NCBI GenBank assembly: GCA_002269645.1
Contig: NIVC01003814.1
Span: forward strand, 1 to 34,398
Direction of reading: 5' to 3'
Length of the DNA: 34,398 bases
From: Macrostomum lignano
Taxonomy: Eukaryota
The translations under genes and the position numbers were made by a program. Below, piece after piece: positions 1 through 11,356 of the stretch (its first letter is position 1; the number at the start of each line of letters is the position of its first letter). The notes beneath the pieces were generated by a model. It was not told the DNA's origin and made no database searches. It saw nothing but the letters and a program-made list of their open reading frames with translations.

Positions 1-528
1 AAAAGTATTCTAATGCTCTAGGCCTATAAAAAACGAATAAACATTTTATTGAACAGTGTTGTTTACATACTTACACAAGTGAGAAAACAGTGTTTCAAGC
101 TAGCAAATTTTGTTGTGACTTGTTGCATTTTAAACATAAAAAAAGTTATTAATACCTTTGGCCGAAAATTTTATGAACATTAGGCCTAGTCATTAGTGGG
201 ATCAATAATCGAATTTGATTTTCATCGCTAATTGTAATTGTTGCTTTGTACTGCAGGAAAGTTATAAAAACTAATGTTAAAACCGAAATCTCTAGTAAAA
301 AACGATCTTTTCACAACTGAAAGGAAGGATCCAATCTTTCTTTTTCTTACATTACAACAGTTGCAATAGACCTAACAATGTCAATAACAAAAAGCTCAAG
401 CCAGTGTTTAAAAATTTAGACCTACTCTATCCAAGTATTTGTGAACAAACCCTTTTTGCCTCCTTAGATTATTCTAGGCATATATAGGCCTAGCATATAA
501 CAGTTTATCTTTAGAATTCTAAGTTGAG

Positions 529-650
529 TAGGGCCTAGGCTAGGCTAGGCCTAGACCATATTTATTAATTAAGTGAGAAATTCCAATCTAGTGACAAGAC
601 AAGAGCCAAGACAATGCCATAGCATAGCCCATAGCCATAGGCATAGCCTA
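529..650. repeat. Short-period repeats (GGCTA/GGCCTA)n and (CATAG)n, probably decayed GGCCG/CACGG subterminal arrays of a DNA transposon
   Basis: TAGGGCCTAGGCTAGGCTAGGCCTAGACC (529-557) and GCCATAGCATAGCCCATAGCCATAGGCATAGCC (616-648). Substituting CG for TA gives GGGCCCGGGCCGGGCC and GCCACGGCACGGCCCACGG. The ancestral state is inferred. Confidence 0.45.
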
Positions 651-1706
651 ACTAAATAATCTAAAAATCTGATCTATAATTCTTATCTAAACCTACTCAA
701 AATCTCAAATCAATGACAATAGGTCTAAGTCTTAGCCTAACATTAATCTATTCTAGGCCATTGCTATACATTAAGTGCATGACTAAGACTGCCATACACA
801 AAGACCACCATAGCTATTGCTGGCTACTGGTATTGAAGGAGCTACCAATCTTCTAGCAGGCCTATTGCTATATTTCTTTATAGGTTCTTTTCTTACACTA
901 GTTACAGCCTTGTCTTGCTGGCTCTCTTACCCATTTATCTCCTCTTAGTCTCTAGCACCATCTAATAACACATTGAGTCAAATTTCTCTCTTAGCTCCCC
1001 CAAGTATGGCGGTCTTGGTGTATGGCAATCTTAGTCCTATACCATACGTCATAACATTATGTCATGTCATGTGCAATCTTTTTTATTTAGGCTAGGCCTA
1101 TATTGGCCATGTAACTTAGGGCTAAGTAAAAGCCTACTTTTTGGCACAAAATATGACTTACAGTTAAGCTCCATTATAAAAGAAGCCTAACACCTTAAAA
1201 ACAAAAATAATTGCCCCAAGCTAGTCCTAGCAAATTTAGGTAAATCTTCTGTCATAATTTTAGGTAAATGGCAGAAGCTGCCCTCTTCTTATTTATAATT
1301 ATATTATTAAGGCTAAATACCTTGTTATTTGTTATCTACTTTATATTTTTATAATAGGAAGTTTTGAACTTCTAGTCAATCTGGTAGGCCTATTAGATAA
1401 TCAATCTGGCAATAATCAAAGTGGCAATAGATAATTGAACAATAGATTTTGTATTGTAGTTTTAGATTTTAGATAGGGCATATAAACAATTTTACAATAA
1501 TGGCTAGAGTTTTGGCACTAAAACCTATTTTCTAATAGCTATAGATCTAGTAGTGGTATTATAATCATCAGTGGCAGATCTAAAGTTTCATTTTGGGGAG
1601 ATGATCTAAGTTTGAGGCATCAACATAAATATAAAGATTGCTAATTTTTAAGCTAAGAGGCATAAAAATATATATAAGAAGTAAAACATCAAGCTTAGGT
1701 ATGCAA

Positions 1707-1786
1707 AAAAAGGTGTTTGGAGGCAAAAAATCAAGTTTAGGGGGCGCAAACTTAGGTTTTTAGGGGGTGCAATATGTTCTATCAAG
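1707..1786 (+). repeat. Dispersed repeat, copy 1 (MITE-like internal segment)
   Basis: Aligns with 3964-4039; both share AAAAAATCAAGTTTA and CAATATGTTCTATCAAG. Confidence 0.7.
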
Positions 1787-2889
1787 AAATTTTTGGAGGG
1801 GACAGCCATATTGCGGAAGGAGGGGTGTATGCCATAATTTTCCGGCATACACTTGAGTTTCTATGGCGTACACCAGCGTACATTTCTTGGCTATGTACAG
1901 TATGGCATCATATAATGTGGTGTACATGACAAGCATACAAATTAATATAAAGAATTTTTTCGTGCATTTTTCTGTTAAGTTATTTCAAAAACCATTTTTA
2001 CTGCTACTATTTTCTCATTTACTAATCATTTTAATTATTGGAATCGTCACAACAATTGTTGTGTCAGTATCATTTTTTGTAATTTAAATTTAAATTTAAA
2101 TATTTGTTGATTTTTTTATCAATAATTATGGCTATACTTTTAACATAATTTAGGGTGTCACATCAAATGTTTTAATGTATTAGTATATTTGATTATAAAA
2201 CTAATATGTGGCCTTTAATAAGATTAAAGAACATATCAATTTAATGTAGTTTCCTCTTTTTCAAAGCAATACCAATATTATCATTATGATGTGTTCTTAT
2301 TATTGAGACTTTTCTCAGTAATCAAAGAACAATCATTTCTAGCACTTAGCTAGGCAACCCAGTAATCAAATGAAGGTATTTATTACTTTGAGTCCTGATC
2401 AGTAGATCTCATCCGCAAGTAGTTCTTGCGAGTAGTCTATTGATGTCTTGCAGATTAGCTGGTTAGCTCTTGGAGCCTAGTCCAGTGGTCTTCTTTGTCT
2501 CTTGCTGGCTGGTATCTATTGTTCAGACCAATAGGAAGCTTCAAATTAACAATGGGATCCCTGCACCAAACTGCAGTATCAAATAAGCCTTCTCCTTCTA
2601 GCAATGACTTAATGCACTCTAGTTAAAGCTCCAGTAATCACTGATAGTCTTCTAAGATCTATCAGGGCAGTCTTTCTGGAGATTGCAACCAATGGAGTCT
2701 AAATAGACTCAAGAGTCTCAACAGACTCAAACTCAATACAAATGAGACATCTCAAACTATTGGCACAAATGAGTAAGGCTTACCATAAGAACTCAAGAAT
2801 CTTCTTTGGTAGGAAGACCATTTCTTCCTCTTTGGAGCTTCTTCTCCTTCTGCAAGTCAGTTTCTTAGCTCTGGGTCCACTTTAGACCA

Positions 2890-3070
2890 CTTGTATTTAT
2901 AGGCAAATGGACCTCTCTCAAGGTTTTCTATCACCTTTTTTGTAAATGTCAAAGGGTCACGCTTTGGTTGCTGTCAAGCATGACAAGGCAGAAAATTGCG
3001 TAACTAGTCTACTGCAAATGCACATGATTGGTTACTGTAGCTGGTAGTTTTCTATTGCATTTGATTGGTT
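2890..3070 (-). promoter_or_regulatory. Possible decayed promoter (two CCAAT boxes plus a TATA box) on the minus strand
   Basis: ATTGG at 3027-3031 and 3064-3068 (CCAAT on -), CTATAAATACAAG on - at 2902-2890, then a GC-richer stretch with a GTAAG donor-like site near 2783. No ORF supported. Confidence 0.25.
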
Positions 3071-3963
3071 TATCCAGGTGCAAACTGGGTGCAAGCCAAA
3101 TGATAAATCATAGGTGGGGTTTGAACTGACTAATGTAGGTCACACATGACCTATGATAAATTGCGGATGGGGTTTAACTTGACAATTGTACTACTGAATG
3201 AAATGTATAAGTAGTATGTTAACCATTTTTATGGATTTTGAGGGAGGCAGAATATTCTACAATTATAAGAAACAATCTATTGAAACTTGCAGATTTTGAA
3301 CCCACTATATTACAATTTGTGCAACTATTTCTATGTATATTTTATTTAAAAAATTGATATATAAAATAATAATAATATATATAAGATAATAATAACAATC
3401 ATAATAATCATAATAAATATAATAAAAGATCTCTAATCTATCAAAATACCAAATAGCTGATTTAATAGTTTTTTATTATACCTTGTCTCAAGATTGACTC
3501 TCCCCATTTTGACCATCTTTAATTATCTGTCCCTGAATCATCCTATTGCTAGATTAACTAGATGCCAATTTTTTGTGACTTATCTTAGTTAGGCCCTTTG
3601 GTTGGCTTGGCTAGGTGTTGTGCATATTATATATATGATATGTTGTATGTATATATATATATTTATCAATTCTAAACCTTAGGAAAAATAATATTACCTA
3701 GTTCCTAGTTTTTTATAAAAAGTTAAGATGCCTTTTGCACAGCTAGGCCCCAAATAGACCAAAATACTTGGCCTATGCAAGGAACAAATAATATTATATA
3801 TTGTTGTTATAAATCTTAGATCTAGTATACTAACAACTTAAATAATGTATATAATAGTATACATATTTATATCTATAAAATAATAATATTTATAATTCTA
3901 ACTTAATATGTAGAGATAGGCCTTATAAACTATAAGCACTATAATATGAGTTTAAGGGTGCTC

Positions 3964-4088
3964 AAAAGGCATTTTGAGGTAAAAAATCAAGTTTAAAGGT
4001 GCAAATTATTTTTTTTTGGGCACAATATGTTCTATCAAGCTATTATGGAAGGGAAGATGGCTTCCCCGCCCCTCTAAATCTACCTTTG
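3964..4088 (+). repeat. Dispersed repeat, copy 2, ending in a decayed hAT-MITE-like right end
   Basis: 3964-4039 aligns with 1707-1786. It ends in CCCCTCTAAATCTACCTTTG, which resembles a common ...AAATCCGCC..TG MITE terminus with CG->TA. Confidence 0.6.
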
Positions 4089-4131
4089 CTCTCAGAGGTA
4101 TAAAAAGTTCCAAAAATAATTAGGAAAAAAA

Positions 4132-4187
4132 TGAGAATTGAACCTCCAACCTTCTATTTTTAAGTCCAAAATTTACCTTTAGGCTAT
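4132..4187 (-). pseudogene. Decayed tRNA-like (Pol III A/B box) sequence, probably an old SINE head
   Basis: The minus strand reads ATAGCCTAAAGGTAAA...GGACTTAAAAATAGAAGGTTGGAGGTTCAATTCTCA, with an A-box-like TAGCCTAAAGG and a B-box-like GGTTCAATTC at tRNA spacing. Confidence 0.45.
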
Positions 4188-4853
4188 AATTTTAGTTTTA
4201 AGTTTTTAGCTATATTACCCCTTGGCTTTAGGACAATAGGATAATATGTTTATATATGTATATGATAATTAGCCAACTAAGCCTATCTAATACAGGTCAA
4301 AAAAGAAAAGCTAAATAAACCTTAAAAAACAATTTTCTACAATTAAAGTCATTAGATATGATTAGGATTAGGAATAGTTTTCTTATGTTTGATTCAGGAA
4401 TTAAGATAGAGTTTTTAGTGTATTATAGTTTGTAAGTCTATATAGAGTTGAACATTAGTTAAATAGATAAAATTAAGACCAAAAGGTAAAATACAACAGA
4501 ATAGATGCAAATTTGGGCTTCTTCATGTTATACATTAGTTGCAGTTTTGATAGGATCATAATTTTGTGTGTCCTTGGGGTTGTGGGGTGAGCGGAGCTCT
4601 ATACTGTTTCATATTTGTATGCCATTTTTTTCAATTATGTTTTGGCAATTCCTTGGCAATTCTTCAATTTAAATGGCATTTATTCATTATATAAATGTGT
4701 ATGTGTATTTACCATTGAATCAGTTGTATATAGCTAGCTATAATTGCTATGTTCCTATAACATTTCCTGCATTTTTAGTTTCGATCTGTTGCTGTTGTTA
4801 TATAAATAAACAAATATTAATCTAACAGAAACTGGATTGCACAACAAGCAGCA

Positions 4854-5886
4854 ATGGAGCAGGAAAAGCGAGACGAAGAAAAGTCATTAATCTTTCTTCG
4901 GCACAGCCTTGGCTTAGTGTACACCCTGGTGATTTTTTCTATCGGCCTATCAACCAGCGTGTACTTCGCCATGACCGGCGATCGCGCGGAGAGCACCCAA
5001 TTTCACGAGGCATTCTTTTTCATTGTCTATTTAACCGGCATCGGGTCCTGCGTCGCTCTTGGCGTCTACATGTGGCGCAATCGCGAAAGTCGCTACCACT
5101 CTCAGCGTAGGCAGATTCGCATGGAATCTCTCAGTCTGGGCCACCGGCTAGCCGGTGTCGCGCCGCCGCCGCAGACGGACAATTCTACTGCGGTTGCCGC
5201 GCCAAGCGATGTCCGCTTTGAAGATGGCTCAGTGGCTAGTCTGCCATTCGTTGCCCACTGCGGCGAAGGCTTCAATGCTTACCTGCGGGCTGGCCTGGCG
5301 CTGTTCGTTGCTGGCACGGTTGCCTTGGATTTGTTGCACATGTCGGCGCCCTATCTAGATGGCAACAAGCCAGCCTGCACAGGCAATCCGTTTCAAACTG
5401 CTCTCTACGCCTGTCAGCTACTGTTTGTAGTCGCATCTGGCAGCCTGTTGGCTTTCGGGCATAGGGCAATTTTCTTGCAGCACAGAGGCTTTATAACTGC
5501 CCTGCTGGGCCACCTGCTCACCGCCTGTCTGTGCCTGTGGGCTCACAGTTCAGTTGCGGAAATCACTATCGCTGTAGTTCTCGCTAGGCCGCTTGGCAAA
5601 ACCAATGCCACGGCCACCTCCGCCGCTTTGAATGCCTCGGCCGCTTGTCCGAATGGTCGGGCGGCCATCGATTCTCTGGATCCGTTTCTCAGTCCGGCCA
5701 AAGTTGAGTTTGCTCTGCTAGCTGGGCCCATGGCCCTGCAACTGCTAGCCTATGTTGGCGATCACCGGATGGTAGAAGCCAAGCAGTCGGCCCCGGCCGA
5801 GACCAATGCCAACTGCGAGTCGGAGGAGACTGGGGAGAATAGCCGGCTGCGGCAACGCTCGAACAGCAGCGGCGATAATCGAGAGG
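4854..5886 (+). CDS. OTOP: Otopetrin (proton-selective channel family), coding exon 1 of 3
   Basis: Multiple hydrophobic helices; HLLTACLCLW and AKVEFALL segments match otopetrin N-half motifs. Donor G|GTGCGT at 5887 (phase 1). Confidence 0.85.
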
Positions 5887-7296
5887 GTGCGTTTGCTAAG
5901 TATCAGTATATAATAGTAGTATGATGCCGGTTTTATTTATATTCTTTATTCTGAGATTGTTTCGTTATGTTTTAAATGCAATGATCACGTTTTACTTTCA
6001 ATTATTTGCATTTTTATTTAATTTATTGTTTTTGTGCGTCAAATTGTTTACAAAAACGTATCATTTCTAATTCTTGCGGTTCATCTAGTGCATTTCTATG
6101 ATCAGTTATACACTGTTGCACAATGCCGTATGGTGTTTTGCTTCGCAAATTTATTCAAAAAATAGATTATGAACGCAATTGCTTTTTGTTCACTTGTGTT
6201 CAGATCTTTTAAAAAAACTAAATGAAGTATTGATGAAACAGTAGTCGTAGCAATCTGTTACTGATAATTACAGCGTTAGGCGCTGTTGTTATGGATGATG
6301 GGCATTGATTATTATATCATTAAATGCACATACTCCTAAGTGCTATGCAAAGCTAGACTGTTCTCTACCGTACTGTGGTATGGAGTATAATGCATTGCGT
6401 TCGATTCCGTTCAGACGTCAGAGACAATGGTGCAGAAAAAAAAGTTTATAATTTACAGCACGTCAATGATTATTAATCATTTGTATTTTATGTACAGTGG
6501 TAAAGTATGTTATATGCGTGTGCAGCTACTAAAAGTCCTAACGGTATAATATAACAAGAGCCAATTAATCTGATCTCTGTACATAAGCGCATAGCCATAC
6601 GCAGGGTGTACTAAAGTGTCTTCACTCGGTGTCTCTCAAGTTGGCACTAGTGAGCCAGCCGCTCAAAAAAGCCAAAGGCTAAACTGATTTAAGGCTTATA
6701 CACTCGGAATCGAACTATGGGACTTAAAGCGTTTCTAAATAATCTTAATGGATAATGAGTATTATGATTTTACCTGTTTATATGCAGTACTAACAACAAT
6801 ATACTGTACCTATTTATTTTCTATGCATAGTGCTCAAGTACTGCACATATTATTGCATCACGATGAGCTTTGCTTTGCATCTGTAACTAACAATAGCTAC
6901 TCGGGGGCAAACAATAACAATGCATCGTCTTAAAACTACACAATTTTCACCATAGGTACAAAAATAGCCGTAATAAGAACGCTAAACTTATCATTGTACT
7001 TTATGCTAACACATTTCTGTTGTACTTTCATTTGTAATGTAACTGTTGCTACGTCGCCTTGGTTACACGTGTACACACAGCAAGCGAACTGTATGCATTT
7101 TTCTACTTCGTACATTGTTTTATAGTTGATACAGTGAAATTTGTACTTTAAGAGATTCAATTCTCAATATGTTGGTAGACTATATTGTATACAATGCAAC
7201 ACGCCAGTTCATTCGAAATCTTACATTCTAATTCAAGGTACGCTCGTACATTGACTACCGTACAGCCATCTCCCCTTATCTTAATGCGACCACCAG

Positions 7297-7580
7297 CAGA
7301 ACGCGCCGAGAAAGCTGATTGGATGCGCCAACTGAACATTGAACTGACTGTGCGCGATCTGATTGGCCCAGCCATTGGCGCGGCCGCTTTCATTGTCACA
7401 TTGGCCGTGTGCATCTGCGTATTATCGTTGAAAGATCGCAAAGCCGCCGCTCTGGCTTACCTGATCCATACGGCTCTGCTACACCTGGCCGCTATTGCAG
7501 CCTCTGTGCCGGCTCTGTGCCGTTTGCGCCAACTGGAGTTTGTCAGCGCCGAACGGCACGCCTTTGATGATAGGCTATTG
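7297..7580 (+). CDS. OTOP: Otopetrin, coding exon 2 of 3
   Basis: Pyrimidine tract and CCAG acceptor at 7296 (tandem CAGCAG, alternative at 7299), phase-compatible with exon 1. Encodes two TM helices and LRQLEF...FDDRLL. Donor G|GTAAAT at 7581 (phase 0). Confidence 0.8.
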
Positions 7581-7884
7581 GTAAATTTATTGCAATTGTG
7601 CCGCCTAAATAATGTGGTCACACCTAAAAAAAGAAACCTCAACATGCAGCTATTCTAATCTCTGATTTTCACCCGAGCGTAATAACAATCATGCGAACTA
7701 GATACACTTTGATTACTAGCAATTTTATCGAATTTAGTCTTTAGCCTTTAAATGCTAGTGGCTTCTATCTAATCACTTAATTAGTTTGTACTGTATACAT
7801 ATACAAGTATTTCCCGGCGCATTGCGGGTACGCAATTTTCTCGTCGAATGCGAGCAGACCTGCAGTACTGTAGCCATATCAAGC

Positions 7885-9128
7885 ACGGCACCACCCAACG
7901 GCCCAGCCAATAAGAATCGGCCTCACAGCACCACCCCAGCCACAGAGAATCCAACTCACAGTACTACCCAGCGGCCCAGCCAATAAGAATCGGCCTCAGC
8001 ACCACCCCAGCCAATGGGAATCGACCTCACAACACCACCCCAGCCACTGAGAGAATCGGGTCTCACAGCACAGCACGGGCCTCACTCTAGGCACTGGGAA
8101 TCTGGTCTCACGGCACCACCCCAGCCCCTGAAAATCGGATCTCACAGTACCACCCAGCCACTGAGAATCGAGTCTCACAGTACCACCCCAGCCATTTAAG
8201 AATCGGCCTCACTGCACCACCCCAGCCATTTAAGAATCGGCCACACTGCACCACCCCAGCCATTTAAGAATCGGCCTCACTGCACCACCCCAGCTATTTA
8301 AGAATCGGCCTCACTGCACCACCCCAGCCATTTAAGAATCGGCCTCACTGCACCACCCCAGCCATTTAAGAATCGGCCTCACTGCACCACCCCAGCCATT
8401 TAAGAATCGGCCTCACTGCACCACCCCAGCCATTTAAGAATCGGCCTCACTGCACCACCCCAGCCATTTAAGAATCGGCCTCACTGCACCACCCCAGCCA
8501 TTAAAGAATCGGCCACACTGCACCACCCCAGCCATTTAAGAATCGGCCTCACTGCACCACCCCAGCCATTTAAGAATCGGCATCACGGCCTCACGGCACC
8601 ACCCCAGCCATTTAAGAATCGGCCTCACTGCACCACCCCAGCCATTTAAGAATCGGCCACACTGCACCACCCCAGCCATTTAAGAATCGGCCTCACTGCA
8701 CCACCCCAGCCATTTAAGAATCGGCCTCACGGCACCACCCCAGCCATTTAAGAATCGGCCTCACGGCCTCACGGCACCACCCCAGCCATTTAAGAATCGG
8801 CCTCACTGCACCACCCCAGCCATTTAAGAATCGGCCTCACGGCACCACCCCAGCCATTTAAGAATCGGCCTCACTGCACCACCCTAGCCATTTAAGAATC
8901 GGCCTCACTGCACCACCCCAGCCATTTAAGAATCGGCCTCACTGCACCACCCCAGCCATTTAAGAATCGGCCTCACTGCACCACCCCTGCCATTTAAGAA
9001 TCGGCCTCACTGCACCACCCCAGCCATTTAAGAATCGGCCACACTGCACCACCCCTGCCATTTAAGAATCGGCCTCACGGCACCACCCCAGCCATTTAAG
9101 AATCGGCCTCACTGCACTACCCCAGCCA
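7885..9128 (+). repeat. 34-bp minisatellite in otopetrin intron 2 (about 27 homogeneous copies plus about 9 degenerate 5' copies)
   Basis: Unit GCCATTTAAGAATCGGCCTCACTGCACCACCCCA, period 34 (8191->8225); homogeneous from ~8187. Confidence 0.95.
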
Positions 9129-9406
9129 GGGTTGCTTTCACAAACGCAAAATTTCACAACCGCTAAATCACCTACTTTTACAACCGCGAAACTTTACAAC
9201 CGCTATTTTTTTGCAGTCACTTTCATAAACGCGAAACTTCACAACCGCTGAATCACCCACTTTCACAACCGCGAAACTTCACAACCGCTAAAAATACTGC
9301 AGTATATGAAAGTATGTGCAAAATTTTTAGCGGTTGTAAAGTTTCGCGGTTGTGAAAGTAGATGACATTTAGCGGTTATGAAATTTCGCGTTTGTGAAAC
9401 CCACCC
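9129..9406. mobile_element. Fold-back MITE, hAT-like, 8-bp TSD
   Basis: Arms of ~75 bp are inverted repeats (GGGTTGCTTTCACAAACGC... / ...GCGTTTGTGAAACCCACCC). CCCAGCCA is duplicated at 9121-9128 and 9407-9414. Internal TTCACAACCGC repeats and a central palindrome ATACTGCAGTAT. Confidence 0.85.
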
Positions 9407-9446
9407 CCCAGCCACTTGAGAAACGGACGAAACCGCCAATTTGCAG

Positions 9447-9890
9447 ATCGCAGCTTTCCTCGGTGACCTGATCTACTGCATATTCATGCTATGCGCCCTG
9501 CTAGCCAATGCCTGGGTTTACCCTGTGGAGCTGGCCACCATGGAAGGCCTGGCAGGGCTGCTAGGCTTAGGCCAGGCCGTGATGCAGGCGCCGCTTCTGC
9601 TGGACGGCCTCCGTCGCCGGTCCAGCCGGCCGGATCTGCTAGAAAAAAAGCCCGGCCGAGGCTGCATCGCCGCCCTGCTAGGCATCAACTTGGCCCTGTG
9701 GCTGCTGGGCACCTTCGAGAGCAGCCGAATGGATGGAGTCGCTAGCGAGCTGTTGAACGGGCGCATCTCTGTACTTGGCTATCGCCTGGTCATGCACATC
9801 GGCCTGCCCTTTGCTATCCTGTTCAGATTCCATTCTAGCGTGTGCTGCTCGCTAATCTGGGGCAAAGCTTACACGGAGGAAGAGGAGTAA
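9447..9890 (+). CDS. OTOP: Otopetrin, coding exon 3 of 3 (spliced CDS 1761 nt, 586 aa)
   Basis: Acceptor TTGCAG| at 9446. DDRLL+IAAFLGDLIYCIF joins in frame. The C-terminus LFRFHSSVCCSLIWGKAY is the hallmark otopetrin motif. Confidence 0.9.
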   Translation: MAAFLGDLIYCIFMLCALLANAWVYPVELATMEGLAGLLGLGQAVMQAPLLLDGLRRRSSRPDLLEKKPGRGCIAALLGINLALWLLGTFESSRMDGVASELLNGRISVLGYRLVMHIGLPFAILFRFHSSVCCSLIWGKAYTEEEE

Positions 9891-11356
9891 GCCAATGTAA
9901 ACTACTGTTAGTAGCAGTGAAGCAAAGCAACGTAAAAAACGCTAATAGTGGCCTTAATGTAAAAACAGTGTCAAGAATTCTTCAATTTCATACAACAAAG
10001 TTATTTAAAAGCAATCCGTTCTTCAATTCAAACTTAGTACCTACTTAGTATTGCTTGTATGTACTTTATAGGCGGTTAGTTTACAAAGTTACGATAGTTA
10101 AAATTAAACAAAAAAGCTTTTGGAGACAGAAGTTGCCATTTTTATATATCGTGTCAATAAAATCTTATGGATAGAAAACTTTCCCTGTTTTTTAATCTGG
10201 TGTAGATTTTTTCTGGGAATTTTTTTTATAAGATTTTGAGAAAATAAGAAAAATTATTAAAAACTCATTGCTCATAGAGCTTATTATCTGCTTAAAACTT
10301 AATAAAATTTCTAACAGGTCTCTCGTAGTTCTACTAGGAACTATTTTTAAAATACTTGCGCTTGTCGGATGCGGGATGTCCATAAGCTTTTTTGGATTTT
10401 GAGATGTTTCTTGGCTTGCTACTTTAAGTAGAATAAAAAGTTTTAGAATATTTGCCAAAGTTGCTTACTTTACATTGTATGATAAAGGTTTTTGAATATT
10501 TCGCGATCTCTTGCTGTTTTTTTAACTGTCGATTAGAAAAAATTATTAATTGTTGTTTTTTTGACATTTTTAGTATTTATTTATAATCCATGTCCGCGCA
10601 CTTTTTTGAACTGAACTTAGCTGTCTTATATTACAATGCAGAAACATTTCGTGCCTTGCTGTGCTTATGCCGATTTTAATTTTTTTTGAAAATCCACAAT
10701 TTTTCTTACTAATCGAATTAATTTTTTAGCTATCTGTTAAGATTCGCTTTGAGGCCAATCCTGCTGTAGATCGAACCGATCTGTCTACTTATTATTGTAC
10801 CATTGTTTCTGAGTTCACAAACTATATACTTTTCATAAGCACCATTGTTATTGTCAGTAGCTTATTTTACAGGATGTTTACCGCTTTATTAAAAAAATCT
10901 TATAAAATTTTAGCTGGAAACCAAACCAAACCAATTTTTATCATATTGAGCCTTTTTATGGTCTTTTTGTCATTTATATTCATTTTATGGCAATATTTTA
11001 CTGCGTGGCTGCTATGTATAGCACGCTGATAGTTTTTTAAACCGTTTTTTCAACTTTATTTTTAATTAGTTTCCATTCTACCTTTGCCTTCCAACGCCCG
11101 CCTTTTCGGGGATGTGCACCAAGTGTCATTTTAATAGGTATTGCATTCTTTGAAATTTCCGGGGTTCTTTTGAAACTGACTTACGGGGTAAATCAAGGAT
11201 AAAATAATTAAACTTTACAATCTTTTTGAGACACCCTCGTAGTTAAAAAACCCAAGCCCAACCGAGACAATGTTTGTGCCGCTTAGCGAGCACTCAAAGC
11301 CTATTTATAAGCCAATGCCCACCCCGCTGATTGACTAGCGCGTCTGCTCGTGTTGT

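Larger units (their letters stand above)
1..4790. other. CpG-depleted, TpA-enriched domain of decayed repeats
   Basis: Roughly 20-25 CG dinucleotides in 4.8 kb by manual scan, with CG-free runs of about 700-900 bp (~305-1008, ~1049-1744, ~3166-4066). CTAG/TAGG/CCTA words are abundant. Equally AT-rich DNA from 5925 onward has ordinary CG density. Confidence 0.8.

Noticed and set aside
1648-2087. Short ORFs (66 and 74 aa)
   Set aside because: AT-rich F/L/I-biased translations inside decayed repeats.
7885-9128. CRISPR-like array (34-bp repeats; also 18720-19575 and 13123-13428)
   Set aside because: Units are head-to-tail with no unique spacers, no cas genes are present, and the context is a spliceosomal eukaryote.
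10192-10680. ORF or decayed LINE/transposase coding remnant on the minus strand
   Set aside because: Some Lys-rich stretches look vaguely like non-LTR ORF2 linker sequence, but no diagnostic motif is recognisable and all frames have stops.
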